Of a DNA stretch of 64,000 nucleotides, positions 46,668 through 59,935 are shown piece by piece. The notes under the pieces are model-generated. The model was not told the origin of the DNA. It worked only from the letters and a program-made list of their open reading frames with translations, and made no database searches. This DNA comes from the human T2T-CHM13v2.0 reference genome, Homo sapiens: NCBI RefSeq assembly GCF_009914755.1, contig NC_060935.1, one strand, 5' to 3'. Position 1 is the first letter of the stretch. Each line of letters starts with the position of its first letter. Both the position numbers and the translations under genes were made by a program.

Positions 46668-49055
46668 ATTTTTGTTTGTTTTTTAACTTTAAGTTTAGCA
46701 TTACATGTGCAGGATGTGCAGGTTTTTTATATAGGTAAATGTGTGTGTCATGGAGATTTGTTGTACCAGTTATTTTAGCAACCATGTATTAATAATTAAT
46801 TAGCCATGTATTAGTAGCCTTTAGTTATTTTTCCTGATCCTGATCCTCTCCCTCTTTCCACCCTATACCCTCTGATAGGCCCCAGTGTGTGTTTTTCCCC
46901 TCTATGTATCAATGTGTTCTCATCATTTAGCTCCCACTTATAAGTAAGAACATGTGCTATCTGGTTTTCTGTTCTTGGATTAGTTTGCTAAGGATAATGG
47001 CCTCCAGCTCCATCCATGACCCTGCAAAGGAAATGATCTCATTCTTTTTTATAGCTGCATAGTATTTTATGGTGTGTATATACCACATTTTCTTTACCTC
47101 CTCTATCACTGATGGATATTTGGGTTGATTCCATGTCTTTACTATTGTGAATCATGCTCTAATGAATATATGCATTTGTGTGTCTTTATAATAGAATGAT
47201 TTATATTCCTTTACTTATATACCTACTAATGAGATTTCTAGGTCAAACAGTATTTCTGACTGTAGGTCTTTGAAGAATTGCCACACTGTCTTTGACAATG
47301 GTTTAATTAATTTACACTCCCACTAACAATGTATAAGTGTTTCTTTTTCTTTACAACCTAATCATCATCTGTTATTTTTTGACTCTGTAGTAATAGCCAT
47401 TCTGACTCGTGTGAATGGTATCTCATTGTAGTTTTGATTTGCATTTCTCTAATAATCAGTGATGTTGAGCCTTTTTTCATATGATCATTGGCTGGATGTA
47501 TGTCTTCTTTTGAAAAGTTTCTGTTCATGTCCTTTGCCCATTTTTCACTGGGGTTGTTTGCTTTTCTCTTATAAATTTAAGTTCCTTATAGATGCTGGAT
47601 ATTAGACCTTTGTTGGATGCATAATTTGCAAAAATTTTCTCCCATTCTTTACACTGTCTGTTTACTCTGTTGATAGTTTCTTTTGCTGTGCAGAAGCTCT
47701 TTTTTAAAATTGGATCCCATTTGTCAATTTTTGTTCTTGTTGCAATTGTTTTTGTCATCTTTCTCATGAAATCTTTGTATGTTCCTATGTCCAGAATGGT
47801 ATTGCCTGGGTTGTCTTCCAGGGTTTTTATAGTTTTGGGTTTTATGTTTAGGTCTTTAATCCAGGGATTATACAGAAATAATCCATAAATTTTTGTACAT
47901 GGTAAAAAAGGGGTCCAGTTTTAATTTTCTGTATATGGCTAGCCAGTTACCCCAGCACTATGTATTGAATAGGGAATCCTTTTTCTATTGCTTGTTTTTG
48001 TCAGGTTTGTAGAAAATCAGATAGTTGTAGATGTGTAGTCTTATTTCTGGGTTCTCTATTGTTTCATTGGTCTATGTGTCTGTTCTTGTACCAGTACCAT
48101 GCTGTTTTGGTCCCTATAGCCCTGTAGTATAGTTTGAAGTTGTGTAACGTGATGTCTCCAGGTTCATTCCTTTTACTGAGGATTGCCTTGGCTATTCAGG
48201 CTCTTTCTTATTTCCACATGAATTTTGAAATCATTTTCTTTATTTCTGTGAAGAATGTTAATGGTAATTTAATGGGAATAGCACTGCATCTTTAAATTGC
48301 TTGGGGCAGTGTGGTCATTTTCATAAAATTGATTCTTCCTATTCATGGGCATGGAATGCTTCTTCATTCGTTTGTGTCATTTCTGATTTCTTTGAGCAGT
48401 GGTTTGTAGTTCTCCTTGCAGAGAAGAACTCTTTCGCTTCCCTTGTTAGTTGTATTCCCAGGTATTTTATTCTTTCTGTGACAATTGTGAATAGGAGTTT
48501 GATATCATTTGGCTCTGTGTTCCCACCCAAATCTCATCTTCAGTTGTACTCCCATAATTCCCACTTGTTGTCAGAGGTTACCCACTCGGAGATAACTGAA
48601 TCATGGAGGAAGTTTCTCCCATAATGTTGTCATGGTAGTGAATAAGTCTCACAAGGTCTGATGGTTATCAATGGTTTTCACTTTTGCATCTTCCTCATTC
48701 TCTCTTTGCCTGCTGCCATCCATGTAAGATAGGACTTGGTCCTCTTTGCCTTCCACCATGATTGTGAGGCTTCCCCAGCCACGTGGAACTGTAAGTCCTA
48801 GTAAACCTATTTCTTTTGTAAATTATCCAGTCTTTGGTATGTCTTTATTAGCAGCATGAAAACTGACTAATACAGAGTTCATTCATGATTTGGCTCTTGG
48901 CTTGATTGTTGTTGGTCTATAAGAATGCTAGCAATTTTTGCACATTGATTTTGTATCTTGAGACTTTGTTAAAGTTGCTTATCAGCTTAAGAAGCTTTTG
49001 GGCTGAGATGATGGGGTTTTTTAGATATAGGATCATGTCATCTGCAAACAAGGAT
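46668..49055 (-). mobile_element. Older L1PA (about PA13-16), 5'-truncated, interrupted by THE1A
   Basis: Antisense 3'UTR and ORF2; resumes after the LTR at 48875. Confidence 0.9.
48500..48874 (+). mobile_element. THE1A solo LTR
   Basis: tgatatcatttggctctgtg...gactaataca; exact 5-bp TSD gagtt. Confidence 0.92.
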
Positions 49056-50280
49056 GATACATGTGGGAAAAAACATTAAAGACCCATTTATTTTATGTAT
49101 TTGTGCTCCTATAATGCCTGTTTTTTTTTTCCCCTGCTCTAACCTATGCTTCTGTGGTTCCAGACTGACACAAGTTAAGGCATCAGGGATTATAGAAAAT
49201 TGAAGTTATTTGGTTCTAGTATAAATGAGAGGCCATTCTTAATATTTACGTTATAAATGTTTACAAGCTGTTTTGAAATGACACTTAAGTATAGAATATT
49301 ATTTATTTTCAAAGGAATGCAAAAGTATCCAAGTAGAGTTTCAAACTCAAGCCATTGCTTTATTAATAAAAAATTTAATCAGCAAAAATATTGCTTAATA
49401 ATATTTAGAACTAAATTGAGAATATCCCAGTTTGGTGATTAAGACAGTCAATATTAAGCTCAGTGCTTATTGATGTATATTTATTTTTACTGGAAAAATA
49501 ATATAGAAATTTTACCTAACAAGAGCATATTGGACAAATATCTTTGAATTTAAACCATTGTCTTTAAACAAGTGACAGATCCATTTGAGAACTGCTCTGA
49601 TTTGTAGCTTCCAATTCTTTCTGTCATGCCTGGGATTTTTGCTACTATGTGAGAAGAACCAGTGCATTGATCTGACAGAAAGTAATAGATAAAATAGTTG
49701 TGTGACAGTGCTACTACTCAAAATAGCTAGAAATAGTTTAACATTTTGTTATTTATTTGGCTTCTGTGGGAAAATATAATAAGGCTTCTGATACTTTGTT
49801 CAATCAGTTAAAAATGCCTTCGTATTTTTGTTCAGTTCAAATTTGTGCTTCCACAGACATATCTCTGACAATTCTCTCTTAATTGTATTTGTTCCTCAGA
49901 AATACAGGAGTACAATTCTGAGAGAATCTGTATACTTAAATTGCTAACTGCTTGCTCATGCCATTAGAAAGCACTTTATTTTGTAATGGAATCTTTGTTA
50001 ATTGTTTCACGTGGAAAATGAACAGTTACGATAACAAGTAGATTTTAGTGGTTACTTTTATATGTTGGTTGGATTGGACCAAGAAATATACATGTCTAGG
50101 TAAATGTAATTATACTTAGAATTTTATTATACCTATAAACAATGTGAATATATGATAGGTACTTTGGTGTGTTATCAGATAAAATCCAGCAGTCAAGTTC
50201 TCTCTTAGAGATGAAAATATGATTCTACACTCTGGCATTCCTAAGTAACCTCTATCACTTAGGCTAGTTTACATCAGTTT

Positions 50281-50527
50281 GGTTTCCCCCGTGCTTTTCT
50301 CATGATAGTGAGTTCTCACAAGATCTGATGGTTTTGTAAGGGGCTTCCCTCTTCGCTTGGCACTCATTCTCTCTCCTGCCACCCTGAGAAGAGGTGTGTT
50401 CCACTATGACTATAAGTTTCCTGAGGCCTTCCCAGCCACGTGAAACTGTAAGTCAATTAAAACTCTTCTTTATAAATTACCCAATCTCAGGTATTTCTTC
50501 ATAGCAGCATGAGAATGAACTAATGCA
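50281..50527 (+). mobile_element. THE1 LTR, 5'-truncated (C-like)
   Basis: ctcatgatagtgagttctcacaagatctgatggtttt...gaactaatgca. Confidence 0.85.
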
Positions 50528-50774
50528 GAAATGTTTGTAGCAAATGTTGAAAACTATTAGTATTTTAAATGAAAGTGTTCATATAAATTAGTAATATAAT
50601 AGTATGGGGGCAGGCATCCCCTAAAATAGCCCCTTCGGATTCTTGACTCCTTGTATTCAGTAGAAGTGCGTATATGTTATTAGGTGTTTATTGTCAACAC
50701 AGAAAATTGCTCTTGATTTCTGTACCCTTCCTTCTTAGAAAATTGTTTTAACTAAGAAAGAATATTAGAATATA

Positions 50775-51150
50775 TTTTATGGATAAATTTTTGCACATAT
50801 TTATGGAGTACCTGTGATATTTTGTCACATGAGTAGAATGTGGAATGATCAAGTCAGGATGCTAAGGATGTCAATCACCATCTAGTATTTCTATGTGTTG
50901 AGAACATTTTAAGTCCTCACTTCTAGCTATTTTGAAATGTACAATATATTGTTGTTACCTATAATCACCCTACTTACAACTGAACATTAGAACTTATCCA
51001 TTCTATCTAACTGTATGTTTGTGCCCATTAAAAAACCTCTTTATATGCACCTTCCTCATATACACCCATATCCTTCCCAGCATCTGGTAACTATCATTCC
51101 ACTTTCTACCTTGACAATATTATTTTTCCTTTAGCTTCCACATATACAAG
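50775..51150 (-). mobile_element. L1MA 3'UTR fragment
   Basis: aatgatcaagtcagg...ttctagctattttgaaatgtacaata. Confidence 0.85.
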
Positions 51151-51654
51151 AAAGTCTGTTTACACAATCATATCATCAGCAAAAGTGACAGTTTTGCCAT
51201 TTCTTTTCTACTACTTTTTGAGATAATTCTTATGTGGTGATCATAATATATCATTCTTTAGGTATATTATTGAATTCTATTTTCTATTTTAATTATAATT
51301 TTTGTTTTTGTAATCATGAGTAAGCTTCATCTGGAGCTTTTTTAAAACTCTATTTGTTTTTGCTGTTAAACTTATCCTGACCTTATGAAATAAATTTTGG
51401 GCTATACTTTATGGATTGAAATATTTTAAATCATCTTGGAACTTCTTTCTTTAAAGGTTAGATAGAACTAATTATTAAACCATGTGGGTATGGAGCATTT
51501 TTTATTCTTAGATTTTTAATCACTCTTTCAAATTCTTTAATAGTGATTGTTCTATCATGCTTTATACTTCTTATCACTATTCTCATAACATATTTTGTTG
51601 AAAAGCATTCATCTGCTTTTCTTAAAATATATTTATTGGAATTGTATGAGGTAT

Positions 51655-52000
51655 TGCTACAATTGGAAAGTTTGCTTCACCTCAAAATTCATATCTTGAA
51701 AGCTAATATTCAATGTCATAATATTTGGGTGTGGAGACTTTGAGAGTTGATTAGGTTATGAGTGAGAAATCCTTTATGAATGTAATTAGTACCATTGTAA
51801 AAGGGATCCCAGGGAGCTTCTTCTCCTCTACTGCATGTGAAGTTATAGTTAGAAGATAGCTATTTATGAACCAGACACTAAATCTATGGATGGCTTGATC
51901 TTGGACTTCCAGCTTGCAGAACTTTGAGAAATAAATTTCTATAGTCTATAATCCACCTAGTTTATGGTAATTTGTAATAGCAATGTAAATGGACTAAGTC
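51655..52000 (+). mobile_element. MLT1A-like LTR
   Basis: caaaattcatat...ttgatcttggacttccagc...atggactaag. Confidence 0.8.
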
Positions 52001-52199
52001 TAGTATTTCTTGTCATTCTTTTAATTGTGTCTATATCTATGATTACGTGGCCTTTCTCATCAGGATCAGACATTCTGACCTGGAGGAAAATGTTGAATAA
52101 AGTAGGTTTCAAGTAAACATTTCTTTTCTTATGTGGATGACATGGCAACTCAGGAAAGCAGGACTTTTAAAATTATCAGAATGATAAAAAAAACTTGGT

Positions 52200-53488
52200 A
52201 TTAAGCATCCAGGGCATTCATAATACCTTTTTAAACTTTCACATTCCAGAATTCACTCTGTCCAGAGTGATTATATTTATGTTTTTAAAGTATATTCATA
52301 ATCTCCTTCATAAAATTAAATCATGATGGCACTTAGGCCAAAAGAGTTTGTACAAGTTCTCTATATTGATAAAATTTCTCCTAAGGATTCATTCCTGAAT
52401 ACACAATGAAATTGTGTATCTTGATCAAGGCTGTCTCACAATTATATTTCAGTTCTTCTAGGCATTCTTTCTAGCATGAGTTTATCATGTCTACAAGTGT
52501 TGTCTTCTGGTAGAAAACTGCCACATTCATTGCATCCATGTTTTCTCTTCTGTATGAGTTCTCCAATATTTATTGATGCATGACTTCTGACTAAAGGATT
52601 TTCCACATTCTCTACAACAACAGGTCTTTATACTGCATGGGTTTTTCAATGTACATTGAGGTATGACTTTTTTGTCAAATGACTTTCCACATTCATTGCA
52701 CACAAAGACACAAAGGTTCTTTCTCCTGTATGTGTTCTCTGATGTTCTGTGAGATATGATTATGAGTGATGGCTTTCCTACAAAAAACATAGTGTGAATT
52801 CTTTGATGTTTGATGAGGGTTGACTTATGTGAAAAGGTTTTCCCACAGTTAGTACACCCATATGGTTACTCCCTAGTGTGATTTCTCTGATGCCTAATGA
52901 ATTCAGACTTGTGGCAGAAGGCTTTTTCATATTCCTCACAGATGTGTAATTTCTCTTCAGGTGGATCTTTATTCATTTGTACATAAGATAATTGGTTACT
53001 ACTAGTTTATACGTAAGTGCTGTGTTATGGCTGAAAGCTTTCTCACAGTGGCTGCATTCCCAGGATTTTTCCTGTTATGTCTTTTATCACAGTTTGTACA
53101 CTTATCTAACAACTTCCTAAGCAACTTATTTTTTTGAGTAGTTTACCTTAAAACCTACCAGGTCTAAATTATATTTCAAGCTCTTTCCAGAAGTATTTCA
53201 ATTATTAAAACTTTGAATTGAACAGAAATTATCAGCGTTCAAAAGTAATATTTTCCTGAACATTATTCATAGCTTCTTATCTTTGGCAATTTTTTTTTAA
53301 TTGAAGCGTGCACTTTATCTTAAAAGCATGCTTTGCTGTCCTTTCATCGGGAAGTTTACTTGTCGGGTACCTGGTCAACAGTGGCAGCCTGGACATGCAT
53401 CCTTAAAAATCCATGGTGCTTCTTCCTGCTCCATCCTGAGGATCACATCTGATTTGATGCCTTCATAACCCACTGAGATGAGGTTGCT
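52200..53488 (-). pseudogene. Processed KRAB C2H2 zinc-finger pseudogene, 5'-truncated and decayed
   Basis: Minus strand reads [26 protein letters not shown] (KRAB-A end fused to KRAB-B without intron), then a linker, then fingers such as [45 protein letters not shown] and CRECGKSFSQKSCINKYWRTHTEEK, with stops and frameshifts. Confidence 0.9.
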
Positions 53489-55434
53489 CTTTTAATGTTT
53501 TCCCTTACTCTAATATTCAATCTTACAGAGGCTTTGAACTACATTTTGGGTGAGGGACCAAGGTGACACAAAGAGACTGTCTATGTATCTTCTAAACCTA
53601 TTTAGTGAATACAATATCTAGTACATTTCCAGTGGCTGCATTCGGGATTCCCAAGATCCTTCAGAGTCCCCGTCGGCGTAAAGGAGCATGAGGTTTGAGT
53701 AACTATATGTAGTTAAGTGACTGGAGTAGGGTGGGTGAGATCACGCATGTAAAAGAACGTCTTAAACGTGCTATATAAATATTGCTAGAAAGCTTAGCCC
53801 TCATGTTAAGCAGGTAATCTCAATTTGTCATAAGTTGCAGTTATGTTAGAGCATAGTTGGTCTTACTGTCTCTGTTTGGTTGATTAACTACGGTAAAGGT
53901 TGAAAGGATTGTGGAGTAAGTAAAAGAAAGTATAAGGAGGGGATGGTATTGAAGCATTTTGAAAATTTACTGAGGCTGCAAGAGTACCTAGCTCTGTCTT
54001 TTGAGCTCTTTTGAGTAACTTCCAGGCATATTATGCATGACATATTTTTCCCACATAGATGTGAGTTTGACCTGGGTTAGAATTTTTAAACCATGGTCTC
54101 ATTTTTTTTTCTCAGATATCTGTAGATACATTTCACTTATAAACATTTTTTTGTTAAAATTAAATATCTTATATGTTCTTCAAGGGTATGCTCACTTCTA
54201 AATTTTTAAAGAGTAACACATATTGAGAGGCAGTTACCTTGAAATGGGTGTGTCTCAGAGATCTGAACTTGGGAATGAGAGGAAAAACCTCAGGTGTCCT
54301 GGAAGATAGAATTGGTTTTGACAAGGAAATGTCAGGTTGTCTAAGAAGCACATGCTGAAGTGTGGGTGTTAAATGTCTACCTTCTTGAAGATAGTTCAGG
54401 AACTAGAAAGTTAGTATTAATAAGTCAGACTAGAAGACTGTGTAGTTATGCATGCATTTCCATGAAAAATACATCCCAGCTATTAAGGGCCTGTAATGTA
54501 ATTAGTTTCCAGACACTGGAAAACTCTCAGGTCAAGTCGTCATGGTGTAAATTGGATTGTCTGATGCTTCTTAACACCCATCTTGTTTTTGTTGTGTATG
54601 ATCTTTTAGTGAAATCTTCTGAGTGTTTAAAAATTGATAGAACAATATGATTGTGAGTGAAAAGAAGCATCCCTCTGACAGAAGGGCTCAACATTGAATT
54701 CTATAAATATTTGAGGAGTTTTTGGAAAAAAAGAATTGATAAACTTGGCTATTACCTTTAATGTATAGTATAATGCAAGTAAAATTTTAAAAGAATGATA
54801 TGTTTAAACAGATTTAAGTATCAGCAGAGCAAACTACAGTTTTTTAACGGTGGAGAATAAAAAACAGCATTGAAAATAAAATAATGAAAGAGGAATTGAG
54901 GAGATACATTTGCATATAGTTTACCAAACCAAACAGGTAATTTAGCAATTTTAGAAGAATATTGTCAGATGAAAATTTGGGTAATCATGATTATGGTGAA
55001 GCAGGGTAAGAATATGTATTTTCTGGCATAGTATTCTGGGATATTATATATGTGTGTTTCAAGTAAACAGGAAGTAAAAGAAGGAGTAACCTGATAACTT
55101 TGTTTGGAACAGTAAGGACACAGTCAAGGCGCAATTAGGATAAAGGAAATAGATTCAGATATTAGTCTAATAATTTAATATATAATACATATAATTGTGA
55201 CAGGTTGGGATCTGCCTGTAAAAGGTTACATTACTTTTTCTCCTAGAAGGCTACATTTAGATGTCAGTATTATTTTTAGAATTCCAGAAAAAAGTATTGT
55301 AAAACAGCGTTTTAATTCTACTTTTATGTGACAGAAACAGATAAAAATGCACTGAGAGTTTTTTGAAAAGAAGAGAAATTGACAACCCGGAATTAGAAAT
55401 GCATTTTTCTTTAATGATGGGCAGTAGAACAAAG

Positions 55435-55670
55435 AATTTAGTAGCATGAAATCTGAGAACAAAATGCTTGAGTTCAAACCCCTACTCTACCACTTACTAG
55501 CAGAGTGATATTGGTAATTTGTAAAACATCTTATATTGTCTCTTCATTTATAAAGTTGGGGCTGATCATGTTACCTATTTCATAAACTTATTATCAGTTT
55601 AGATTACATAAAAAATGTAAAGCACTTAAACAGTGATTAGCACATTACAGTTACTGTATAAATATTTGGT
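55435..55670 (+). mobile_element. MIR
   Basis: gagttcaaacccctactctaccacttactagc...tgtaaagcactta. Confidence 0.8.
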
Positions 55671-56149
55671 TCATTTTATAATTTTCATCATTGATTATGA
55701 AAAATATGTTAGTCACTTAACTATGGTCCATGACTTACTGGTATATTGAAGTGTAGGACAGAGTGAAGTTGAAAAATTGCTATTTTAAAAGTAAAAGCAG
55801 AAAGTATTGGAAATAACCATCGCAATAGTATGTAAACTACTTCAGGATGAGGAAATTAAATAGATCATTCAGACTAAAAGGTATTTCAGAAGAAATCAGA
55901 TTCCAACATTAAATTTCCAAATAGGTGAGGAAAACTCATGGATAGTGACCGAATTTCAAATAGAAAAATACTCTGGAGATCATTTAGCCAAGATTATGGT
56001 GTTTAAAATGTGAAAAATGCCATCTGATAGGCAGAGAGAACTATCTATAAACATCATCTGGCGAGAAAGCATATGCTTTAAAGAGTAGAAATACAATTTA
56101 GCATTCCATCAAACAGCTAAAATGACAAAATAATACAACATAATTTAGA

Positions 56150-56360
56150 AGCATTGGTCTTCAAATAAGACCAAACTAAATATGTGTCCGACCTCTGATA
56201 CTATGTGAGAAAGTACATGAGCCTCAGTTACCTCATCTATGAAATGAGGATATAATATCTATTTTGGATAGTGTCATTAATGTTAAATATGATAGTAAAT
56301 ATAAAGTACCTAGCAATGGCCAGGAAAAGAGTAAGAATACAAAGTATAGTAAGTAATTAT
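56150..56360 (+). mobile_element. MIR
   Basis: gagcctcagttacctcatctatgaaatgaggatataata. Confidence 0.8.
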
Positions 56361-56819
56361 TAGATTTTTTAATGAACATTAAAAGTATAGAAAGTTAAAA
56401 TGAAAAAGGAGACTGAAAAAACAATCATAATATGACTAACTTGATTTATAAGATATTAATAACATTTATATTTAGAAATTGTACCTACTGGTCAAAAATA
56501 TAATCTAAGTATATGAATGTACTTTACTATTAAAAACCTGTGAGGATCATATAGCATACTCTATCCCAAAACAGAAGAAATATAAAGTGTTAATTAAATA
56601 CATTGGATAAATAGGTACTAAATTATCATTAAGTTAAAGCACCAGGGGCATTAACAGATGAGAGAGCAGGTGTAGTTGAAAATAATACAACATTGATGTT
56701 AGGACTAAAAATATAAATTACTATATAATGAAGAACAACTCGAAAGAGCAGGAGAAGGAAACATCATTTTTGAAGGACTACATTTAATGAATTTTTGGGA
56801 CTGTAAGCGTGCCTTGTCA

Positions 56820-57235
56820 CTGAGAAGTTTTGACATATGTGTATGCCCATGAAACAATCATCATAGTTAAAATATTGAATATATTCATTACTCTAAATAT
56901 TTTTGTAGCCAATTATTATTACCGTCTTTCACCTTTCCCTGTCTTTTTCAGCCAACAACTGATGTGCATTCTGTCACTATAGATTAATCTGAATTTTCTA
57001 GAATTTTGTATACATGGAATTATACAGTATGCATTTTTGTCGTTTAGTTTCTTTCAGTCTAATTATTTTGAGATTCATTAATGTTGTGGCATGTGTTATT
57101 AGGTCTTTCCTTTTATTGTTGTATAGTACTCAGTTGTATAGGTATAGCACCAAATGTTTATTCATTTTCCCATTGATGGTCATTTGGTGTTTCCCATTTT
57201 CCCATTTTTGACTATTATAAATAAAACTTATAGTA
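56820..57235 (-). mobile_element. Old L1MC/ME 3' fragment
   Basis: tctgtcactatagatt...gagattcattaatgttgtggcatgt. Confidence 0.75.
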
Positions 57236-57243
57236 GTATTGAT

Positions 57244-57352
57244 ATTGAACAAGAAGACCTAACTATCCTGAATATATACGTACCCAACACAGGAGCACCC
57301 AGATTCATAAAGCATATTCTTAGAGACGTAAAAAAAAGACATAGACTCCCAC
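57244..57352 (+). mobile_element. Short internal L1P (PB-like) endonuclease-domain fragment
   Basis: Translates IEQEDLTILNIYVPNTGAPRFIKHILRD, which is L1 ORF2 EN. Confidence 0.85.
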
Positions 57353-57359
57353 TGTTAAT

Positions 57360-59170
57360 GTTAATGACCTTTTGTGCTTGATGAGTTGGATTTCTCTTGC
57401 TGCCTTTAGAATTGTCTGGCTTTGTTTCGTAACAATAATTTTGTTCACCTCTCTTTGAGTTGAGCTTTTTTAGAGTTTGTTGACCTCCTTGGATATGCAG
57501 ATAAATATTTTTCATCAAAATTGAGAATTATTTGTCCATTATTTAAATATTGTTTTGAGTCTATATCTTCTTTTATTCTGGGATTCTATTGTGCATACAC
57601 TTTATAGTGTTCCACAGGTCTCTAAACTCTATATCTCTTTATTGTTTTAATGTTCCTAAGACTGGTTAAACTCAATTGACCAAGCTTCAAGATTGCTGAT
57701 TCTTTCTTCTACCACCTCAAATATATTGTTGAACCCCTGTAGTAAATTTTCATTTCAGTTATTGAAATTTCCAACTTCAACATTTCCACCTGTCCCTTTT
57801 TATAATTTAAATTTCTTTATTGGCATTCTCAAATTGTTGTCATATTTTCCTATAATTCTTTGACATCGTTTCCTTGAAATCTTTGTAAATATGTATAATG
57901 CTGACTTAAAATACTTTTCTAAAAATTCCAGCACTTATGGTTCCTTAGGGAAATTGTCTATTGTCTTTTATTTTGTCCTGTATATGGGCCAAATTTTTCT
58001 GTTTCTTTGCATGTCTGCACATTTTAAATGATAATGTGGCAACTGTGGAAATTAAGGATCCCATGTCCTGGGTTTTATGTTGCTATTTGTTATGTTATTG
58101 TTGTTGTCAATTGTTTGTTTAATAAATTCCATGAACAACTTCTGTAATTGAGAGGTGAGGCCAGCTGGGCATCCTGAGCCAAGTGGGGACTTAGGGAACT
58201 TTCCTGTCTTACAAGAGGATTGTAAAATGCACCAGTCAGCGCTCTGTAAAACGCACCAATCAGTGCTCTGTAAAATGCACCAATCAGCACTCTGTAAAAC
58301 ACACCAATCAGCAGGATTCTAAAAGTAGCCAATCGCAGGGAGGAATGAAAAAAAGGGCACTCTGATAGGACAGAAATGGAATATGGGAGGGGACAATAAA
58401 GGAATAAAAGCTAGCCACCCCAGCCAGCAGCCGCAACCTGCTGTGGTCACCTTCCACGGTGTGGAAGCTTTGTTTTTCACTCTTCACAATAAACCTTGCT
58501 ACTGCCCACTCTTTGGGTCCGTGCCATCTTTAAGAGCTGTAACATTCACCATGAAGGTCCACGGCTTCATTCTTGAAGTCAGCGAGATCAGGAACCCACT
58601 GGCAGGAACCAACTCCAGACACATAATGACTGTATTCATTATTGCATATGGCCAATGAAATCTCTTTTTGATTACCTTAGTGGCCTGCTAACGACTGGAG
58701 AGAGATTTCTTAAATAACCTGAAGCAGTTTCTCACACCCTTTGCTGGAGGGCTGTGTGTGTTTGTTGGGACATGCTTTAAATGATCAAGGAGTTTACAAG
58801 GCTCTCTTAGCCTTCACTTCCTGTTTTTACAGAGGCCTCCAGCTCAGACAGAAATGAGAAATTGGTGCCCTCTCAGGTCTTTCTGCACATGTGTCTTGGG
58901 TAAGTATTTTTGTCTGTCTCTTTTCTCCCAATGATGTTACCACCTCAGATAATATGTTCAGCAACAATGCTGAGCAATTGTCATGAACATTTTTCAACAA
59001 AATTTCTGGGGATAGGGTTTTCATCACTGAGCAAGTCCTCAGGTCAAATGAAAGGAAGCAGTAAGAATAGGAATTTTCCAGGTAGCTGCTAGACAAGTCA
59101 AACTATTATAATTCTCTTTTGTTTGGGCTTGGAGGGATCTCCAAACCCATTTGGTTTTCTGCAGGTGATG
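57360..59170 (-). mobile_element. Old L1M 5'/ORF1-region fragment interrupted by LTR12
   Basis: Antisense L1M motifs (ttcaagattgctgattctttcttct; ttttcatttcagttattg). Confidence 0.65.
58149..58623 (+). mobile_element. LTR12F-like (ERV9) solo LTR
   Basis: tgagaggtgaggccagctgg...ccagacaca; four 24-bp CCAAT-type repeats 58221-58312; exact 4-bp TSD taat. Confidence 0.92.
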
Positions 59171-59176
59171 TTAGGG

Positions 59177-59336
59177 TTTTTTTTGTTTTTTGTTTGTTTT
59201 TTGTTTTTTGTTTTTAGTAGAGACAGGGTTTCGCCATGTTGGCCAGGCTGGTCTTGAACTCCTGACCTCAAGTGATTGGCCCACCTCGGCCTCCCAAAGT
59301 GCTGAGATTACAGGCATGAGCCCCTGCACCCGGCCA
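59177..59336 (-). mobile_element. Alu left monomer (AluS-type)
   Basis: Left arm only, with T-rich tail; degenerate TSD aggtg(a/g)tg. Confidence 0.88.
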
Positions 59337-59479
59337 GGTGGTGGTGGTTGTTTTTTTTTATAAGATCCAAAGGAAATAAATCAAAAGTGAGGAGTTCAGG
59401 AAAACACACTCTCTCTAGATTGCTTTTATGGGTTACTATTATCAAAAACAATTATCAAAGAGGTAGGTGATGACCTATG

Positions 59480-59935
59480 GAAGTTATCAATGAATGACTT
59501 ATGAATTTCATAAAATATTTTGAATTTTATTTTCAGTTAAAAGAAAATTTATAGAAACCTTAAATTCAAATTTTCTATACATTAAAAAATAGAGAAAATT
59601 TATGTTTCCAGGGCTTATTTCTTTTATTGAAAAATTTAAAATCTTATTATATCTTTACAAATTAAATATTTGGAATTGGCTAGTGATAAATGATTCAATA
59701 TTACTTGTTAAAACAGACATTTTTTCATTGTCGATAAATTACATTAAATCTTTCTAATTTTTTAATTACAATCTCATTAACATAGATGTGTAAAAATGAT
59801 TTCTCCTCACTGAATGCTATTAAAACAAAACGTGGAAATAGTTTAGCTACACATCATCTTCCCTTGTGGATACCATTGTCTTCAGTCTGTCCAAGATTAG
59901 ATATTGCGCAAGAAGCAAGTTCATTTGTATTACAA
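59480..59935 (+). mobile_element. hAT-Charlie transposase C-terminal fossil
   Basis: ORF 59786 reads CKNDFSSLNAIKTKRGNSL...LSSVCPRLD, matching the hAT dimerisation motif CExxFSxLxxIKTKxRNxL...PRLD. Confidence 0.75.

Noticed and set aside
53630-53780. Small CpG cluster as a promoter
   Set aside because: Too short and GC-poor for a CpG island; partly MIR-like
58221-58312. 24-bp repeat array as a novel element
   Set aside because: Normal U3 repeat of LTR12
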